Positions 62,752 through 62,760 of a stretch of DNA of 62,760 bases are shown here, one piece after another; the stretch's first letter is position 1, and each line of letters begins with the position of its first letter. The notes beneath the pieces were generated by a model, which had not been told where the DNA came from, did no database searches, and worked only from the letters and a program-made list of their open reading frames with translations. The position numbers and the translations under genes were made by a program. Source of the stretch: an uncultured Staphylococcaceae bacterium. Its GTDB lineage: Bacteria > Bacillota_I > Bacilli_A > RFN20 > CAG-826. The stretch covers positions 1 through 62,760 of the forward strand of contig CAYJDS010000001.1 in NCBI GenBank assembly GCA_964369015.1, in the 5' to 3' direction.

Positions 62752-62760
62752 ATTTGTTAT

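Noticed and set aside
1-62760. Mycoplasma-type genetic code (UGA = Trp)
   Set aside because: TGA is used as a genuine stop (e.g. feoB at 30507-30509 and the ORF ending at 26184-26186). Long conserved proteins are intact under the standard code.
1-62760. CRISPR arrays, IS elements, integrases, prophage or defence islands next to the four tRNA genes
   Set aside because: No repeat-spacer arrays, transposase/integrase-like ORFs or duplicated tRNA 3' ends were noticed by eye. The tRNA flanks carry ordinary chromosomal genes.

Overview
AT-rich, very gene-dense chromosomal segment with about 60 protein genes and 4 tRNAs. There is no rRNA, CRISPR array, transposase, integrase, prophage gene or recognisable defence gene. 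All calls come from reading motifs in the supplied translations and the DNA by eye; no searches were run.

Gene content suggests a low-GC Firmicutes/Mollicutes-like organism. It has many lipoproteins with LxxC lipoboxes, a membrane-anchored PotD, a long PotA, ATPase-FtsX fusion proteins, surface nuclease and nucleotidases, and tRNAs with encoded CCA. It uses the standard genetic code: TGA terminates feoB and other genes, and long ORFs are not broken by TGA. This fits an Acholeplasma-like lineage, but that is inference only.

Recognisable blocks:
- natAB-like and several other ABC exporters.
- nrdDG.
- potABCD plus a translationally coupled flavoprotein.
- speB plus an unusual tandem AdoMetDC-like gene.
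- A P-type Ca2+-type ATPase.
- A GNAT / PlsC-like acyltransferase / GltS-like permease operon.
- feoAB plus a small Cys-rich gene absent from the ORF track.
- dps.
- A family of repeat-module lipoproteins.
- A membrane-anchored Endonuclease-I/LTD nuclease.
- ktrBA.
- An ABC-F ATPase with a 4-codon leader ORF.
- Two tandem 5'-nucleotidase lipoproteins with nrnA and an IMPase/CysQ-like gene.
- fba, rpoE, argS, ychF and csp.
- A GntR-ABC module and a MacB-like pair.

I did not find a clear-cut novel defence or mobile system. The most interesting candidates are:
- The speB plus fused pseudo-dimeric AdoMetDC-like pair, a possible pyruvoyl arginine decarboxylase route.
- The GNAT / Zn-ribbon acyltransferase / GltS-like operon, a possible amino-acid lipid pathway.
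- The ABC-F leader/attenuator.
- A stand-alone 20-codon micro-ORF with a near-consensus promoter and double terminator.
- An A11 homopolymer frameshift and an adjacent in-frame TAA in an ABC ATPase.
- An NrdD fused to a CPNC redoxin domain.
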